This document shows positions 60,842-64,000 of a stretch of 64,000 nucleotides of DNA, in pieces (position 1 is the stretch's first letter; every line of letters begins with the position of its first letter). This DNA comes from Prochlorococcus sp. AG-402-L23 (GTDB lineage Bacteria > Cyanobacteriota > Cyanobacteriia > PCC-6307 > Cyanobiaceae). The notes under the pieces were generated by a model. It ran no database searches. It saw only the letters and a program-made list of their open reading frames with translations, and was not told the origin of the DNA. Location: the NCBI GenBank assembly GCA_003216635.1, contig QCIO01000006.1, positions 17,767 to 81,766 on the forward strand. Reading direction: 5' to 3'. The position numbers and the translations under genes are program-made.

Positions 60842-63800
60842 TTAATATCTAAAAAATAATTGAACTTGACTTTTCCAATCTCCATTAGAATCATAAGAAC
60901 CTAATAATTCTAAGTTTGGATTTGCCTGAAAAGTCAAAATTCCTAAAGGTGAAATATCATCTCTACCTGGAACCGTTTGAAAGGCAAAATTTATTGCATC
61001 AGTAATATCAAGCCCTATTTCGGCTACCCAAGCTTGAGAAGAAAATTCCTCATTATAAGATGATTGACCATCATTCTCAATATCTAAATTTTCATTGGAA
61101 AAAATATTATTCAATGAATCATTATTTTCTATTAATGCTGGATATAGAGATAACTGAAATCTTTCGCTAAATGCATCAGCATTATTGAGTTGAGAAATAA
61201 ATGCTCTATTTATTAAATTTGCAGAGTTACCTCCAATCAAACCAATTATTTGTGATCTGTTATAACTTGGAGTACTTCTTAATTGGATTCTTTTATTTTC
61301 ATCAGCAAAAGATAATTTATCTAAAAATCCTTCATAAGATGCTTCAATTTTGATAAGCCTTGAATTGCCAATCCCGAATGCACCATTACCACTTGAAGTA
61401 GCATCAACAGCAACATCACCTGAGATATTTAAATCCTGATTGTTTTCACTTATGGGAATTATAGAATCTGGTACTTTACTGACTAGAGAAAAATTAATAA
61501 ATGGAACTACACCACTTCTCGATGCAAATAAAATGTAATTATCTTTATTTTTATCAAGTTTAAAAGGAGTAGTATATAGATTTGCTCTACCTTTCCTAAG
61601 ATAAATAAGACCCCTAGCATTTAAATCTTTTCCAACCTCGCCATTTAAAGTAAGGTCTAATTTGGTATCTAAATAAGCTTGAACTATCTCTGAATATAGA
61701 AGTTTAAAATCTGGTCCAAGTTTTAATTTAAGATTATTAAAACTTAAATTATCCAAATAATTTGGTAAATTTTCACCTAAAAGAACAGAATTCAAAATAG
61801 TTTCATTTGAAATTATTTCAATATTCTTTTCATTATTCCAATATAGTTCTGGCCAATCTTTTTCATCCTCTTTTCGAATAAGATTTTTTCCTTTTTTATC
61901 ATTTTGATTGGTACTATTTAAATTAATTAATCCATTATTAAAAGATAGAGATCCACCCAAAATAGGACTTTCAAATGATCCACTTAAATCTACATCTGAA
62001 TCTATTAAAAAATTAAAATTATCTTTCTTTAAATTAAATCTATTCGTTATCAAATTAATTTCTGCCTTCTCGGAATCATTCTTACTATAAAAAGGCAAAG
62101 AACCTTTTATAAAAATTTCTCCAGAATCTTCAGACTTTGCTTGAAGATTATTGATCTCTAAAGAATCGAAATCAAAAATTATTAAGCTATTTATATCTTT
62201 TAGACTATTGTTAAAAAAATCAATTTTAGAATCTTTAATTACGAAAAATCCATTTAATAGAGGTTTATTTAGGGTTCCTTTTAGAATCATCCTAAGATTC
62301 ACATCCCCCTCTTTAAAGGTAAAGTATTCAGCAGCAAAAATATCTAATAACTTAATAAAATTTCCATTCCCAATCAATCTTAGATCTAAGTTATCTGATT
62401 TATTTATAGGTATTGAGCCTTTAAAACTTATTGGAATTTTAGAGTCATTTATAAGCAAAGAGAAGTCAATATCAAAAACAGAGTTATTAAATTCAATAAT
62501 ACCTTTTTCAAATAATAATTTGTTATTTTTAATTGATGAATTGTTAGAAGAAATTTGACTCAAGAAAGATTTATCATCAAGGTTATAAAATAAATCCATA
62601 TCAATACCTCCAAGAAAATCTCTTGGTTGATTTAAAAAAATATTTGAAGCACTTAATGGTAGTTTTTTTATTTTTAAAGAACCATTACCTTTTAATAATC
62701 CCCCTTCTAAATCAATAGAAAATTCCTCTTTTTTATTTTTATTATCCTCTCTAAATACATTAAGATAGCCATTTAATTTTGCATCCAATTTATAGTTGCT
62801 TGGCCTATCCCCCTCAATAGTTACTTTTGCATTATATCTACTACTTAATTTATTAAAATATTCTTGCAAGTTAAGATTGTCGTCTTGCGCATTATTACTT
62901 TCAATAAAGTTATTTATAAAATCAATCCTCTCTTTAAATGAATTATTTTCTTTATTTATTTCTACATCATCCAAGATATTCGACTTTATGGTTTGAATAA
63001 CTTTTTTATTATCAAACTTAAAAATATCAAGCGCAGTTAGGACAGTCCAACTAGTGCTTATATCGTTAAAATCTAAATTAATTAAATTATTTTTATTTGA
63101 TTCATAATCGACTTCAATTATTCCCCCGTCTATTGGATATAATGATGAATTTACATTAAAAGAATTATCATTAAAACTAAAATCAAATAATGAGTTTGCT
63201 AACTTTATATTTCTATATTTACTTAAACTCCAAGCCAGTCTTCCATCAAGATAGGACTGCTCTGAATTTATTGTTCCAGAACCATTAATAATTCCTTCAA
63301 TCCTATCGAATTGATTGTTTCCTATTGATAATTCAAGTTCGTCAAGGGGAAAATTTTTAGCTTCCCAAATATAACTATTATTCTCTTTAAATACTTCTAT
63401 GCTTCCTTTGTTAGAATTAAATAATCTACTAAAAGATACATTATCTAATTTAAGATTAGAATCAAACTTCATAGAAAAAAATGAAGGAATTGGAGAGTAC
63501 CTATTTTTCATATTTAAGAGAAATTGATTATTTTTATTTTTAATATCTCCCTCCCACATCTCTCTGATTCGTATCCCTTTGAAGTGCGGATAATCAACAT
63601 TAAACTTTATTGAAATATCGGGATCAGTAATTTTTCCTTTTAATTCGCCTTTAGCAGTAACAAAACCCCTAATGTCATTATTTCGGAAAATATTTAAATT
63701 AGATAATTGAGTTCTATTTATTTTTAGACTAGAGAAGATCTCACCAAAATTAATTCCTCTTCTATCAAACCAATAGGGAAGATGCCCCGATAGTTCAATA

Positions 63801-64000
63801 TCTGGATTCAGACTGTTAACATATCCAATGCTTCCTTTAAGGTCAATTTTATTAGAACTTTTATTTAATGGGATATTTAGATTAAAGTTTGAATTCAAAG
63901 TTCCGTAATTTAAGTTCGCGGAATTTCCTATTAAATTATTATCTTTACAAAAAAAACTAGTTGAATCTGAATTTATATTCTCTGATAAATCTTCTTGTTT
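60842..64000 (-). CDS. TamB/DUF490-like translocation and assembly module protein, 5'-truncated by the window edge
   Basis: The frame has no stop from 63898 up to base 64000. It is a very long Asn/Ser/Gly-rich beta-taco-like sequence (e.g. GRANLYTTPFKLD, STPSYNRSQIIGLIGG) ending in an aromatic residue. Confidence 0.75.
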   Translation of the reverse strand, partial: KQEDLSENINSDSTSFFCKDNNLIGNSANLNYGTLNSNFNLNIPLNKSSNKIDLKGSIGYVNSLNPDIELSGHLPYWFDRRGINFGEIFSSLKINRTQLSNLNIFRNNDIRGFVTAKGELKGKITDPDISIKFNVDYPHFKGIRIREMWEGDIKNKNNQFLLNMKNRYSPIPSFFSMKFDSNLKLDNVSFSRLFNSNKGSIEVFKENNSYIWEAKNFPLDELELSIGNNQFDRIEGIINGSGTINSEQSYLDGRLAWSLSKYRNIKLANSLFDFSFNDNSFNVNSSLYPIDGGIIEVDYESNKNNLINLDFNDISTSWTVLTALDIFKFDNKKVIQTIKSNILDDVEINKENNSFKERIDFINNFIESNNAQDDNLNLQEYFNKLSSRYNAKVTIEGDRPSNYKLDAKLNGYLNVFREDNKNKKEEFSIDLEGGLLKGNGSLKIKKLPLSASNIFLNQPRDFLGGIDMDLFYNLDDKSFLSQISSNNSSIKNNKLLFEKGIIEFNNSVFDIDFSLLINDSKIPISFKGSIPINKSDNLDLRLIGNGNFIKLLDIFAAEYFTFKEGDVNLRMILKGTLNKPLLNGFFVIKDSKIDFFNNSLKDINSLIIFDFDSLEINNLQAKSEDSGEIFIKGSLPFYSKNDSEKAEINLITNRFNLKKDNFNFLIDSDVDLSGSFESPILGGSLSFNNGLINLNSTNQNDKKGKNLIRKEDEKDWPELYWNNEKNIEIISNETILNSVLLGENLPNYLDNLSFNNLKLKLGPDFKLLYSEIVQAYLDTKLDLTLNGEVGKDLNARGLIYLRKGRANLYTTPFKLDKNKDNYILFASRSGVVPFINFSLVSKVPDSIIPISENNQDLNISGDVAVDATSSGNGAFGIGNSRLIKIEASYEGFLDKLSFADENKRIQLRSTPSYNRSQIIGLIGGNSANLINRAFISQLNNADAFSERFQLSLYPALIENNDSLNNIFSNENLDIENDGQSSYNEEFSSQAWVAEIGLDITDAINFAFQTVPGRDDISPLGILTFQANPNLELLGSYDSNGDWKSQVQLFFRY

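Overview
AT-rich (roughly 30% GC by eye), densely coding 64 kb segment that reads as the core chromosome of a marine picocyanobacterium, most likely a high-light Prochlorococcus. The basis is a Pcb chlorophyll a/b antenna gene, a CrtL-type lycopene cyclase, a proteobacterial-type ThrS and very short intergenic spacers. The window runs from a 5'-truncated GMC oxidoreductase through cbiX, a SulP transporter, metA/metY, stpA, arsS, fur, crtL, gltS, pcb, hisS, acs, sds, murI, amiC, comB, aroA, glmU, murF, glgA, menB/menD, lepB, a Mn/Zn/Fe ABC transporter, trpS-thrS-glk-thrB, ndhD, prlC, folB and proA to a 5'-truncated TamB-like gene. I saw no rRNA, tRNA, CRISPR array, integrase or transposase. The strongest lead is the 502-aa 'hypothetical' ORF at 8961-10469. 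By manual motif alignment it is a highly divergent NAD(P)H-dependent glycerol-3-phosphate dehydrogenase (GpsA fold). It is transcribed head-to-head with an orphan glucosylglycerol-phosphate phosphatase (stpA), which is followed by an ArsS-type radical SAM enzyme. All protein calls come from motif recognition by eye; no database searches were run.
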